From Octopus vulgaris (lineage: Eukaryota): a stretch of 64,000 nt of DNA. The notes beneath the pieces are model-generated. The model worked only from the letters and a program-made list of their open reading frames with translations, was not told the origin of the DNA and made no database searches. Within the stretch, counting starts at the first letter, position 1. Each line of letters starts with the position of its first letter. This document shows positions 1-12,679 of this stretch, in pieces. A program made the position numbers and the translations under genes. Where the stretch lies: assembly GCA_951406725.2 (NCBI GenBank), contig OX597842.1, positions 1,426,001-1,490,000 of the forward strand. The letters run 5' to 3'.

Positions 1-481
1 TCTTAATGGTAAATGGAAGCTAATTGATGAGTGCCAAAATGTGACAACCCCCTTGTCTCCCAGTTTGGTTTTGGTCCCTCAGCATTGAATGACAGACAGC
101 ACCAAGGTTTCTTTAGACCCTTTCAGTAATACAAATGTGTAATGTATATTGGAATTTTAATGTGGTCAGAGTTCAATCTTGTATAATGGCAGTGCCCCAG
201 CATGGCCACATCTGGCTGAAACATACAATGTAAATAAAGTCCCTGGTTCTTTTATTCATTTATTCATTTATTTGTTTCATTCACTTAACTGCGGCCATGC
301 TGGAGCACCGCCTTTAGTCGAGCAAATCGACCCCAGCACTTATTCTTTGTAAGCCTAGCACCTATTCTATCGGTCTCTTTTGCCAAATCGCTAAGTTACG
401 GGGACGTAAACACACCAGCATCAGTTGTCAAGCGATGTTGGGGGGAGGGACAAAAACAGACACACAAACATATACACACAC

Positions 482-513
<32 letters not shown>

Positions 514-516
514 GTA

Positions 517-686
517 TAGTTAATCCAAACAAGAAAACACAGCAACGCGAGGACGTGGAACAAATAGAGTATTATTGGACGCTCAGGAAAGAAGGGAAGA
601 AGGAGGGTTTAACGTTTCGAGCGGAGCTCTTCGTCGGAAACATACGAGAAGGAAAGATCCCGAGAAGGGGAGACAGAGGAAAAAAA

Positions 687-688
<2 letters not shown>
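517..688 (-). mobile_element. Short non-coding hammerhead-bearing insert (PLE pLTR-like) in the TA tract of a SINE
   Basis: Absent from other SINE A copies and flanked by (TA)n; related ends at 47349-47428 (+) and 62754-62990 (-). Confidence 0.7.
607..641 (-). ncRNA. Minimal type I hammerhead ribozyme motif
   Basis: Minus strand GUUU-CCGACGA-A-GAGC(UCC)GCUC-GAAAC-GUU-AAAC; stems I and II pair, stem III reduced to palindromic ACGU, U4C variant. Confidence 0.7.
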
Positions 689-752
<64 letters not shown>

Positions 753-913
753 GATGGGCTTCTTTCAGTTTCCGTCTACCAAATCCACTCACAAGACTTT
801 GGTCACTCACAAGACTTTGGTGGGCCAAAGGCTATAGTAGAAGACATTTGACCAAGGTGCCACACAGTGGGACTGAACCCAGAACCATGTGGTTGGTAAG
901 CAAGCTACTTACT

Positions 914-1074
914 GCCTTTAGTCAAGCAAATCGACTCCAAGACTTATTCTTTGTAAGCCTAGTACTTATTCTATCGGTATCTTTTGTCGAACTGCTAAAC
1001 ACACCAGTTACAGGGACGTAAACACACCAGCATCGATTGTCAAGTGATGTTGGGAGGGGGGGGGATAAACACAG

Positions 1075-1112
<38 letters not shown>

Positions 1113-1283
1113 GCATATATATGATGGGCTTCTTTCAGTTTCCATCTACCAAATCCACTCACAAGGCTTTGGTCAGCCCGATGCTATAGTAGAAGACACT
1201 TGCCCAAGGTGTCACGCAGTGGGACTGAACCCAGAGCCATGTGGTTTGTAAGCAAGTAACTTACCACACAGCCACTCCTACGC
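914..1283 (-). mobile_element. SINE family A copy
   Basis: Matches family A head and body. Confidence 0.85.
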
Positions 1284-1782
1284 TTTCAAAATGGTCAACC
1301 GTCGACAGTAAGACGAACCCCTACGGATCACACTATCCCAAAGTGAATATGCATGTGACCAGGGACCACATGTGTACTTGTATTTCTGACCATGACTGTC
1401 CTAGGTAAGACTTTAAATGCGTCCAGTAGTGGGGCCTTGGTATGGAAGTTCCATGGTCTCTGAGGAGCATGGAACTATCTCTTAGCCATATTGTTCCCAG
1501 GTCTAGTTTGACCCAGAGTAGTAGTGTCCCTTAGGGTCCCAGGTACGGGTTAACTAACATGTGTACCACCCACTTCAAACCCAGGTTCTCTCTGGTCAGA
1601 TAATCAATGATGACCTGGTCAGCAAGTCCTCTCTGGCATTTGACAAGCGATAGCAAGATGAGATGTTACTATCCCAAAATGTGTATGCATGTGACCAGGG
1701 ACTACATGTGAATTTGTATTCAGATTGAAACTCCAAACCCGAACTCTACACCTCGACAGCATATCATGGCTACAGCAACGGC

Positions 1783-2175
1783 AGGAGGCCCAGTGGTTAG
1801 GGGCAGCGGACTCATGGTCGGAGGATCGCGTTTTCAATTCCCAGACTGGGCGTTGTGTGTGTTTATTGAGCATAAACACCTAAAGCTCCACAAGGCTCCG
1901 GCAGGGGGTGGAGGCGACCCCTGTTGTACTCTTTTGCTCCAACTTTCTCTCACTCTTTCTTCCTGTTTCTTGTCCCCGACTTCCTAAACAACCGCTGAGC
2001 CTGGATGCACATTCATCCATCCGTCGATGCTCTCGGTGTCGGGGCTTGACCTGCTTTCTCTTCAGCGGGTCTTACGAATAGCAAAGGACCACGTTTCGGA
2101 CTTCTACCACTACAGAGGCGTGATCTTGCGAGCTCTGGGATGAAGACCGCTTCGCTCAACAAACAAACAAACAAA
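1783..2175 (+). mobile_element. tRNA-derived SINE family C
   Basis: A-box ggcccagtggttagg, B-box-like ttttcaattccc, (aaac)n tail; second copy at 14929-15295 (-). Confidence 0.8.
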
Positions 2176-2332
2176 CAGCAACAGCATCCATGCTATCCGA
2201 CATGATTGCTCTTCCAGTGAGGCATTTGTGAAATTTGGATTTTACCTTCCAGGTTACTCCTTAAGTAAATCAAATTCTTCAGCTATTTATTCAATGTCTC
2301 CCTTAATTTATTTATATTTATTCTGACTTCAG

Positions 2333-2669
2333 ATGATGATGATGATGGTGGTGGTGGTGGTGGAGGTGGTGATGGTGGTGGTGATGATAGTAATGGCAAT
2401 GATGATGGTGGTGGTGGTGGTGATGATGATGATGGTGGTGGTGACATTGATGATGATGATGATGATGGTGATAATGGTGGTGGTGATGATGGTGATGATG
2501 ATGGTGTGTTGATGATGATGGTGCAGGTGGTCACATTGATGATGATTATGATGGTGGTGATGGTGTCGATGATGACAGTAATGGCAATGGTGATGATGAT
2601 GGTAGTGATGGTGATGATGATGATGGTGCAGGTGGTGACATTGATGATGATGATGATGATGGTGGTGAC

Positions 2670-2702
<33 letters not shown>

Positions 2703-2780
2703 GTTGATGATGATAGTAATAGCAATAATGATGATGGTGATCGTGATGGTGGTGGTGGTGGTGGTGGTGACATCAGTGAT
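2333..2780. repeat. (GAT/GGT)n trinucleotide low-complexity tract
   Basis: Seen directly; similar tracts at 11270-11660, 16405-16880, 22280-23240, 25445-26335, 40680-41710, 43020-43590, 44350-45445, 53790-54128. Confidence 0.95.
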
Positions 2781-3536
2781 TTGGACTTGCATTTTGGGGT
2801 CCACAAAGCAGAAGCATTATTTTGACCTACAAAGAGGGTCAGAATTTGTGAGGCACGTGGTGAACTGGTTTGGCCAGGGCTGTCTGAACCCACCCTAGGT
2901 GAATGAGCCACAGGTAAGTACAACAAGATGTTCATACCTTCATCATTTGATTGAGACATCTGGCATGTAAGAAATATACTGGTCCCCTCAATGCACCTGA
3001 TCGGATAACGAGTATAATAGTTAGGTATGCTCTAACATAGAACTTCAAGATCTTAGAAAATGGACCAAGAAAGAGAATGGAATATTAGTGTGAAGAATAT
3101 TCCCTAATTAGGCAATTTAAATTAATGATGTTGCATAATATTTTGTATATTTATATTAGTTTCAGAGGAATTTCTATATGTTTGTTATACATACACACAG
3201 ACAAACAGGTGTGTGCACATACACACACACACAGATATGTATAACATCATCGTTGTCATTATCATCATCAACATCATCGTTGTCTAGTGTTCATATATAT
3301 ATATATGTGTATATATATATGGATTGATGTATAGATACATACATACATACATAAATAAATAAATAAATAAATATATATATATATTTATGTATGTATGTAT
3401 CTATGTATGTATCTACCTATCAGTCCATATATACATACATACATAAATATATATATATAAGCAAACATATTTATCGACATATATGTATATATATATATAT
3501 TTATATATATGAGGATCTGCATATATATATATATAT

Positions 3537-3828
3537 GCGCAGAAGTGACTGTGTGGAAAGAAGCTTGCTTCCCAACCACATGGTTCTGGGTTCAGTCCCA
3601 CTGCATGGCACCTTAGGCAAGTGTCTTCCAATACACCCTCGGGCCAACCAAGGCCTTGAGAGTGAATTTGGTAGACGGAAACTGAAAGAAACTCATCGTA
3701 TAAATGTGTGTATGTGTATGTATGTATGTATGTATGTACATATGTATTTGTGTATGTGTGTTAGTCCACCCACACAACATCGCTTCACAACCGATGTTGG
3801 TGTGTTTATGTCCCTGTAACTTAGTGGT
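3537..3828 (+). mobile_element. SINE family A copy, 3' truncated
   Basis: Diverged family A head and body. Confidence 0.8.
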
Positions 3829-4517
3829 TTGGTTTTTCTCAGACAAGAAAAATTTCTGCCACAATCAGATGGTGAATACACAAAACAACTGTGTACTAAG
3901 AGTGATAAAAATCAAACATGCAGTCAGCATCATGGTGTTTGCAATGATCACTAGTGATAGCAATGTTATACCTCTATTCATCTTCCCACATGGCCTCACA
4001 CTTAACACAGAGGCCGACATCTAATGCCTGGAAGAGGTAGTGGTGCCCTGCGTGAAGAAGATGGCTGCTGGAAGACCTTATGTCTGGCAACAGGACTTTG
4101 CACCATGTCACACAAGCAGGAGAACCCAGTCATGGCTGTCAGACAATTTCTATGGCCACAGTATCTCCTGAAATCTGACCACCTAACTCACCAGACTTCA
4201 ACTCTCTTGATTATTATTTGTGGGGCACAGTTGAGTGAAAGACCAACAAAACTTCTTGTAACACCAAAGATGAACTGAAGGCAAGGATTATGGCAGCATT
4301 CACCAACTTAAACAAGGAGACCATCCAGAAGAGTTGCAGGAGATTTCGAAGTCGTCTGGTGACTGGGGTTGAAACCAATGGTGATTTTATTGAATAAATT
4401 TACTCTTTAGTATTTCAAGATATTTTTATGTAATTTTGGAAAATCTATCTGTTGAAATGGGATGTCAGTGTTATTTTCACTTTTGTGTAATTTTGATGAC
4501 AATTTATTCACTGCACC

Positions 4518-4520
<3 letters not shown>
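3829..4520 (+). pseudogene. Decayed Tc1/mariner transposase (maT/DD37D-like), catalytic half plus 3' end
   Basis: Conceptual translation WFFSDKKNF...VWQQDFAPCHTSRRTQSWL...PPNSPDFNSLDYYLWG...NGDFIE* with stops and a frameshift; about 37 residues between second and third Asp; ends in ...gcacccta. Confidence 0.85.
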
Positions 4521-4590
<70 letters not shown>

Positions 4591-5156
4591 CAACAGTATG
4601 TATAATTTTGCATATAGATGCATATCTTTATGTGTGTGTGTGTGTGTGTATATATATATGAGCAACAGTATGTATAATTTTGCATATAGATGCATATCTT
4701 TATATATATGTGTATGTGTGTGTGTGATTATTCATGGATGTGCAAGAGTATGTATGTGCATGTATGTTTATGCGTGAGTGTATTTTCACCAAAATACCAG
4801 AACATCCCATTATGTCAGATCCAGCAGCTCAATGAAGCCTCCCCCCTCCACCACCTGTCACTCCCCCTCTGCCCCCCACTACATTCCTGAGGGCCTTATT
4901 AAATATTAAAGGGCTCATACTCCTCTCCGCCAAATTCATCATTTTGACAGGAAGTAGGGGACACCTTCAATGTAGCTCGCCACAACTACACCCCCACCCC
5001 GCCCAACCCCTACACCACCGCCTTTTCTATTCTCTGCATGTGTGTGCGTCTGTGTATGTATAAATGTGTGTGTGCGTCTCTGTATGTATAAATGTGTGTC
5101 TGTGTGTATGCAAAAATGTGTTTATACATGAGCTGGTATATACATAATACATACAT

Positions 5157-5188
<32 letters not shown>

Positions 5189-6084
5189 GTCTATATATAT
5201 ATATATATAGATATATATATATATATATATATAATGTCTATATATATATATATATATATATATCTATATATATACATACATGTATATATGTATATATATA
5301 TATATATGATTGTGCATGTAAATGTGTCTATATAGAGAAATGGATGCACACCTAAGTTTATATATACAAACATTCATGTATATATGTCTGTCTGTGTGTT
5401 TGAGTATGTATATATATATATGCGTGTATATATATATATATGTATATAAGTGCATGTTTGTATGTATGTATCTGTGTGAACATGTATGTTTATATATGCA
5501 TGTATATTTATGTAGCCATCTATCTATCTGTCTACACACACACACACATGTGAAAGGTGTAATATAAAAACATGGTATCCCATAATTATATGTCTTCATA
5601 AAGATTTTGCATATGCATGTTGCATGTATGTATAATTATATATACATATATATATATGTAATTATATTATATATATAGATAGATGGCTACGTAGATATAC
5701 ATATATATATAAACATACATACACAGATACATACATGCATACATATATATATAAATATATATACACACACATACACACACATTATACATATCATCATCAT
5801 CATCGCCACTACCACCACCACCACCACCACAATCACCATCACCACCACCACCACAACCACCACCACCACCATTATGTGACTGTCGCTGGTGTCCATTATC
5901 CATGCAATCCTTTCCTTGATTGAAATCTGTTAAATACTAGTTTCAAACTTTGTTACGAGGCCAGCACTTTCGGGGGGGGGGGGGCATTACATTGACCCTA
6001 CCCCACCTCCAAGTCATACTTATTTTATCGACCCCAGAAAGGATAAAAAGTAAAGTCAACCTCAGCAGAAAACGTATGGATAGA

Positions 6085-6505
6085 TGAAAAGCGAATAAAA
6101 CCAAATTTATTGCTCACATTCAACAGGGATCCCATCGGTCAAGTTGCTGATTGTATGAACCTCAGTTCTGAGATAGCCTCAACTGAAAAGAATATAAAAC
6201 CTTGGACAGCCAAAGCATGGTTGGCCCTAAACAAACTGGATGCTGTCTGGAAATCAATCCTGTCAGACTACCATAAGAGGGATTTTTTTCCAGGAAACTA
6301 TAGAATCAGTCCTTTTATATAGAACAACAGCCTGGAGGCTTGCCAAAAAACTGGAATCCTAGTTTGAAGGAACCTACATCTAAATATTAACAGCAGTCTT
6401 AAAAGCATCTAGGAGAATTCATCTCACCAAGAAACAGCTGTAAGGAAATGTTCTGCCTGCTTCCATCATTATAAGAGAAAGGCACATGTGCTTTGAGGGA
6501 CATGT
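6085..6505 (+). pseudogene. RTE-clade LINE fragment (region C-terminal to RT)
   Basis: IASTEKNIK..AKAWLALNKLDAVWKS..RDFF / TIESVLLY..AW.L.KKLES..EGTY..KKQL.GN..IRERH..FEGH, broken by stops and a frameshift. Confidence 0.8.
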
Positions 6506-6516
6506 GTATATATATT

Positions 6517-6745
6517 CAGCAATCCCTTGATTATCGGAGGTGCTGCATTTCAACCCCCACCCCCACTGTGATAGGTAAAAATCCCAAAAGTAGAGACAGT
6601 ACTGTACCATGCATTTTTAAAAATTATTTTTATAATTTGTATATATTTATTTTATTATAAATACAAAACAACAGTATGGAGGAATAGACAAAAGCTTAAA
6701 GAATAAACTGCAATAGGTGAACTGCGATATAGCGAGGGATTAATG
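6517..6745. mobile_element. Tigger/pogo-like MITE
   Basis: Imperfect TIRs cagcaatcccttgattatcg / cgatatagcgagggattaatg in a TA context. Confidence 0.6.
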
Positions 6746-6779
6746 TATATGTGTGTGTGTATGTATGTATATGTGTGTG

Positions 6780-6829
<50 letters not shown>

Positions 6830-7034
6830 AAATCAGAAAATGGAAAAATACATCTAAATCATTAATCAACTACCAGATAATACCCAATCACATACTTTAT
6901 TGAACCACTACATAAGAACATTAAGGTTAAACATAAAAATATATAACAAAACAGCGTACATGAATGAGTAATACAATACAATAGGTACAATCATTATAAG
7001 AGGATATAAATAAATAAATATAAATATACACTAT

Positions 7035-7161
7035 ATCTTACAGCTGTTTCGGCCATGCAGATAAATATGTCTCATTTTACCTATATTAGCCATGTATAGT
7101 ATGTCAATATGAAGTTAAAACTGAGACATTTACAAAGATATCTTAAGGCCTCTTCGGAGAT
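7035..7161 (-). ncRNA. Type I hammerhead motif with long stem II insertion
   Basis: Minus strand AUCU-CCGAAGA-GGCC...GGCC-GAAAC-AGCU-GUA-AGAU; palindromic ACAGCUGU stem III; lies in an AT-rich insert starting at the TA tract near 6828. Confidence 0.7.
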
Positions 7162-7739
7162 TCTAAAGTATAAACCAAATTACATATATACTCATATAAG
7201 TGTGGGTACATACCCATAATAAATCATTTACATATATATATGAATGCATATACTCATACTCTTATACATACACATATACGTAATAATACAAATAATACAA
7301 ATCAATAAATATACATATGTTCCATATTCAATGTTTTTCAACTTAATATTAATATATTACAACGTAGAGAACATAGACATATTCATACTTCAATGCAGAT
7401 ATATAGAGTCAGTACTACCTTATATTAATTTACAAAAAGTCATTAATGTTAACATCAATACTGTTATCAATATCATTAATGCTACCAATATCATTGTTCT
7501 TATTTCTAATAACATTAATACTAATAAAACAATACATACATCACATAATTAGCAATATAGTAGCAAAACTAGGGACCAACATAATACCACAGTATTATGC
7601 AAGGCATTAAATATTTGCACATACATACAAAAAGCAGTCAAGTCAATCAGTTTACATGGTGTTAATTTCCACAGATGCATGTGAATTAATAATGTCTATT
7701 GTGACACTAATATATTATTAATTTCCGAAATAGTTATTT

Positions 7740-7899
7740 GGAGTGGTTGGCGTTAGGAAGGGCATCCAGCTGTAGAAACACTGCCAGATCTGACTGGCCT
7801 AGTGCAGCCTTTGGGCTTGCCAGACCCCAGTTGAACCGTCCAACCCATGCTAGCATGGAAAGCGGACGCTAAACGATGATGATGATGATGATGATGATG
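7740..7899 (+). mobile_element. 3' part of repeat family D (SINE with (GAT)n tail)
   Basis: ggagtggttggcgttaggaagggcatccagctgtag...ggacgctaaacgatgatg; also at 38400-38560, 53265-53412, 59690-59856. Confidence 0.8.
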
Positions 7900-8358
7900 A
7901 TTATGAAACGGACGCCGGAATTTGATTGGCTTATACTTTTAAATTTAAATTACAATTGCTTTTTACGGTTGGTTAGTTGAGAAACATCCACACTCACACA
8001 CTTGCAAACGTGCGCACATACGCACATACACAGCCAAATCACATACTAGCCCACACTTTCCCACACATACATGCTTACAAACAGATCCACTCACATATAT
8101 TCATAAATTCGTATATGCAGTCTTACATACATTTATACCACAATGAAGAATGTAAATTATCATAAGGTACATAATTAAAATAACACCGTATTTTCCGTAA
8201 ACAAACTATCCTACCACTAAAAAAATTTCTATATCTTTATAGATGATGATGATGATGATATATAGGATAAAATCTTTATAGGAAATTATCAAGTAGTTAG
8301 CGTGAAAAACATCATAAGGGAAAAATTTATTAATTATTCCTTTTAAATATATTTATTA

Positions 8359-8509
8359 ATATTAAGGGCATTACTATACATAAATGCCTCATGCTAGGAG
8401 GGACTCTTAAAGTCAAAACTACTATAATACAATGTGGTTATTATAGTAGTTTTGACTTTAAGAGTCCCTCCTAGCATGAGGCATTTATGTATAGTAATGC
8501 CCTTAATAT
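8359..8509. repeat. Perfect hairpin, 71-bp arms, 9-nt loop
   Basis: 8359-8429 is the exact reverse complement of 8439-8509. Confidence 0.95.
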
Positions 8510-8540
8510 AAATGTGTGTGTGTGTGTGTGTGTGTATAAA

Positions 8541-8740
8541 CAGGGTGTTTCAAAAACATTTTGAGATCATTTTGCAGTCTAATAACTTTGCCAGTTCTTG
8601 TTCAAATGACTTCAAATCTTAACAGCATGTGTAGAAACTGGTCAAAATTTTATGTTTGATGTTTGATATGTTTATCTTTTCAGGTACAGAAATGGCATTC
8701 ACTGGAAGAGAAAAGGTGTTTTGTGTGTTGAAGTATGCTA
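8541..8740 (+). mobile_element. 5' end of a Tc1/mariner element (rosa/DD41D-like)
   Basis: TIR-like cagggtgtttcaaaa and transposase-like start MAFTGREKVFCVLKYA at 8692. Confidence 0.55.
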
Positions 8741-8804
8741 GTATAAGGATAAAATTTTATTAAAAAATTTCATCAATGGCCAGCATAAGAAAAATACCTT
8801 TTAA

Positions 8805-9022
8805 CCCTTTAGTGTTCAGATTATCAATCAAACATAATGCTTATTGATTCCCATTGATTTGAAGTAATCATGCATTATCTCATATCTTCAAGATCTTGAT
8901 GGTGTAATTACCTAATGTAGAATAACATTGTAGGGTAGGTGTGAGAGCCTGGATCTGGTCAGTTTGAACGTAAAACAGATTAACTATTTTGGCCAGATAT
9001 GGCCAGTTTAAATACTAAAGGG
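8805..9022. mobile_element. piggyBac-like MITE
   Basis: TIRs ccctttagt / actaaaggg with TTAA (8801) and CTAA (9023) flanks; the host repeat is uninterrupted at this point in the related copy at 29921-30270. Confidence 0.7.
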
Positions 9023-9450
9023 CTAAGGTGAAAATTATAAATACAATTACAAAATTTTCAGTACAAAAATTCCTTTGCCAATATGCTGAAAAGTAGATGC
9101 TAAAATCGTCTAACTACATAGAATAATTTTCACTTAGATTATTACACAATGTGGGGAGTTGAAAAAAGAAAGCTAACAGAAATTCATAAAGATTTTAATT
9201 ATTCCAGAATCAGTTCTGATTTCTGGATTAATCCAAAAGGATTTTGTCTTCATCACTGAGGAACACAAAATGAAAATAAACAAAATACGCACAGAAAAGC
9301 AGACACAAAGTCATGAATACATTTAAGTATCCCAAGTATATCCTCGTTTCGAAGCATGGTGTAATAATAAGGTGAAAATATTTTGTGGTTAGATGATTTA
9401 GGGTCTATTTTACAGCATATTGGCAAAGAAAGTTTTTGCTTTTTTTTAAT

Positions 9451-9651
9451 TCTTTTATTGGTTGCAGTCATTTGACAGCAGCCATGCTGGAGCACCGCCT
9501 TTAGTCGAGCAAATCGACCCCAGGACTTATTCTTTGTAAGCCTAGTACCTATTCTATCAGTCTATCTTGCCGAACCGCTAAATTACAGGGACGTAAACAC
9601 ACCAGCATCGGTTGTCAAGCGATGTTGGGGGGAACAAACACAGACACACAA

Positions 9652-9691
<40 letters not shown>

Positions 9692-9861
9692 GGTGTAGGA
9701 GTGGCTGTGTGATAAGTAGCTTGCTTACCAACCACATGGTTCTGGGTTCAGTCCCACTGTGTGGCACCTTGGGCAAGTGTCTTCTACTATAGCCTCGAAC
9801 CAACAAAAGCCTTGTGAGTGGATTTGGTAGACGGAAACTGAAAGAAGCCTGTCGTATATAT

Positions 9862-9893
<32 letters not shown>

Positions 9894-10270
9894 ATATATG
9901 TTTATGTGTCTGTGTTTCTCCCACTAACATCGCTTGACAACCGATGCTGGTGTGTTTACGTCCCCCGTAACTTAGCAGTTCAGCAAAAGAGACCGATAGA
10001 ATATGTACTGGCTTACAAAGAATAAGTCCTGGGGGTCGATTTGCTTGACTAAAGGTGGTACTCCAGCATGGCCACAGTCAAATGACTGAAACAAGTAAAA
10101 GAGTATATACGACAGGCTTCTTTCAGTTTCCGTCTACCAAATCCACTCACAAGGCTTTGGTTGGCCTGGGGCTATAGTAGAAGACACTGGCCCAAGGTAC
10201 CACGCAGTGGGACTGAACCTGGAGCCATGTGGTTGGTAAACAAGCTACTTACCACACAGCCACTCCTGCA
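9451..10270. mobile_element. Nested SINE A: + copy (9691-10104) inside the central tract of a - copy
   Basis: Tail half (-) 9451-9690, full (+) copy, head half (-) 10108-10270. Confidence 0.85.
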
Positions 10271-10504
10271 ACTTATTTATAATTTATATATATATATATA
10301 TATATATACATATATATATACATATGTATATATACATATACACATACTCACATACACACACTCAGGAATATCTGTAGACATACTTATGTGTTTGCACACA
10401 TACACACACACACATGCATGCATACACACATCTATATATAAATATATACATATATATACATCTGAATGCGTATTTTATCTTAGTTCAAAGTTACATGCTC
10501 TGTG

Positions 10505-10779
10505 ATGCATCATCGGTGATAGACTCTGGGTCTTAAGGGGATTTGGGGCTTTAAACATTAAACCCCTCACCCAGTTGACCCAACCGGGGTCGATGAAATC
10601 CAAGCTTGAATCCCAACAGGAACAAGATGCATATTAGGTCCCTTTAGTTAAAAGCCATCCGATAGTGTTTTTTCTCTCTCTGAGGGTTTCCATGAAGGAC
10701 TCTCTGGCTGCCCTTTTCCTACACCAGTAATTCTAAACCAAGACAAAGCTCTGCAAAATGATCCACCCTTGCAATGCAG

Positions 10780-10780
<1 letters not shown>
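10505..10780 (-). pseudogene. 3' end of a HERO-like (restriction-like endonuclease) LINE
   Basis: CKG.SFCRALSWFRITGV/RKRAARES..., then a 3' UTR ending gggtcaactgggtgagggg...atcaccgatgatgca; resembles HERO termini as recalled. Confidence 0.5.
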
Positions 10781-10814
<34 letters not shown>

Positions 10815-11820
10815 CTCACATACACACATACATATGTAAATACATACATACACACGTACAGACATATGATCATACTTACATATGTACATACATATATACA
10901 CACACACATACATATATACATATGCACATACTTACATACTTCCATACATACATACACACATGCATGTATGAGTGTGTATAGGTGTGTGTGTATGTGCTTG
11001 TGTGTACATGCACACCCCCCACATAAGCACATACATGTATATGTGTATACATATATGTGTGTGTGTGTATATATGTTCATATATGAGTTTGTGCTTAATA
11101 TATAAATGAATATATATTTATATGTGAGTGTATGTTTGTGTGCGTATATATATGTGTGTGTGTATATATGTATATAAATATACACACACACATATATATA
11201 TATACAATACAAATATATATACTCATATTCATACACACACAAACACATACATATATGTTTTCACATCATCAAACCACAACCATGGGCAACAACTCACCAC
11301 CCTCACCCCGCCCCCTGCCAAAACCACCCTCACCCCGCCCCCTGCCAAAAACCACCACCACCGCCACCACTGCCACCTTCAACACCATCACCACCATCAC
11401 CACCACCACAAGCACCACCACCACCACCACCACCACCACCACCACCTCAACCACTACCACCACCATCACCACAACCACTGCCACCACTACCATCGCTGCC
11501 ACCATCACCACCACTGCCACCACCACCACCACCACTACCAACACCACCACCACCACTATCACTACCACTGCCATCATCACCACCACTACCACCATAACCA
11601 CCATCACTGTCACCCCCACCACCGCCACCGCCACCATCCCCTCCGCCGCCGCCGCCACTCCAGCGTCAGACCCCAGTTTCCAACATTCTACAGATGCCCT
11701 GTTGCTGTCTTTCTGTCATACTTTGTCTTTTGCTTTAATTATTCGTGATGTCATGAACCTGTCAATCATGTGATCGATGTGTCAGAATTTATATAGCACG
11801 GTTTGTGTATTATTTGTGCT

Positions 11821-11859
<39 letters not shown>

Positions 11860-12283
11860 ATGCGTGTATGTGTGTGCATATACATAGATACATATTATAT
11901 ATATATATATATATTTGTATCTACATATATGTATGTGTGTATTTATATATAAGTGCGTGTGTGTGTGTGTAAGCACATACATGTAAATACACACACACAC
12001 ACACATAGATATATAGAAGCAGACGGACAGGCAAACGGACAGATAGATAGAAAGTTATATATGATGTGAGATAGACATATTTATATATATATATATATAT
12101 ATATACAGAGAGAGAGAGAGAGAATGAGAGAGAGAAAGATAGAATGAGAGAGAGAGAAAGAGAGAATGAGAGAGAGATACAGCAAGTGAGAGAGAGAGAC
12201 ATACATATAAAGAAAGCGATAGATTAAAATATATATTTATATACCGATAGATAGATAGATAGATTGGTAGAGAGATAGATTAG

Positions 12284-12331
<48 letters not shown>

Positions 12332-12451
12332 CAGATAGACAGACAGACAGATAGATAGATAGACAGATAGATAGATAGACAGACAGTCAGACAGACAGAT
12401 AGATATTTAGATAGACAGACAGACAGACAGATAGAGAGAGAGAGAGATATT

Positions 12452-12486
<35 letters not shown>

Positions 12487-12679
12487 CACTAAATTAAGGT
12501 AAATGGTGTGGAAAAGACAAGTCACTTGACCAGATGATTATGGTAATTTTGAAGGTACAACCTTTTCTGCTCTGAAGCTTATTTCCACTAGTTTCATTGT
12601 GGATCAACAAAGATGGTTTGCATCATGAGATCCAGGCCTCTCCAGAACAACTCTGTGATCCTGATGCCCTGATGCCCTT

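Larger units (their letters stand above)
271..912 (-). mobile_element. tRNA-derived SINE family A (~420 bp, internal TA/CA tract), interrupted by an insert at 517-688
   Basis: Reverse complement of the recurrent head (ggagtggctgtgtggtaag...ggttcagtcccactg...accttgggcaagtg) and tail (ctccagcatggccgcagtcaaatgactgaaac); more than 15 copies or fragments in the window. Confidence 0.85.

Noticed and set aside
2085-2150. Hammerhead in the SINE C tail (gaaacgt on the minus strand)
   Set aside because: No CUGANGA partner or supporting stems
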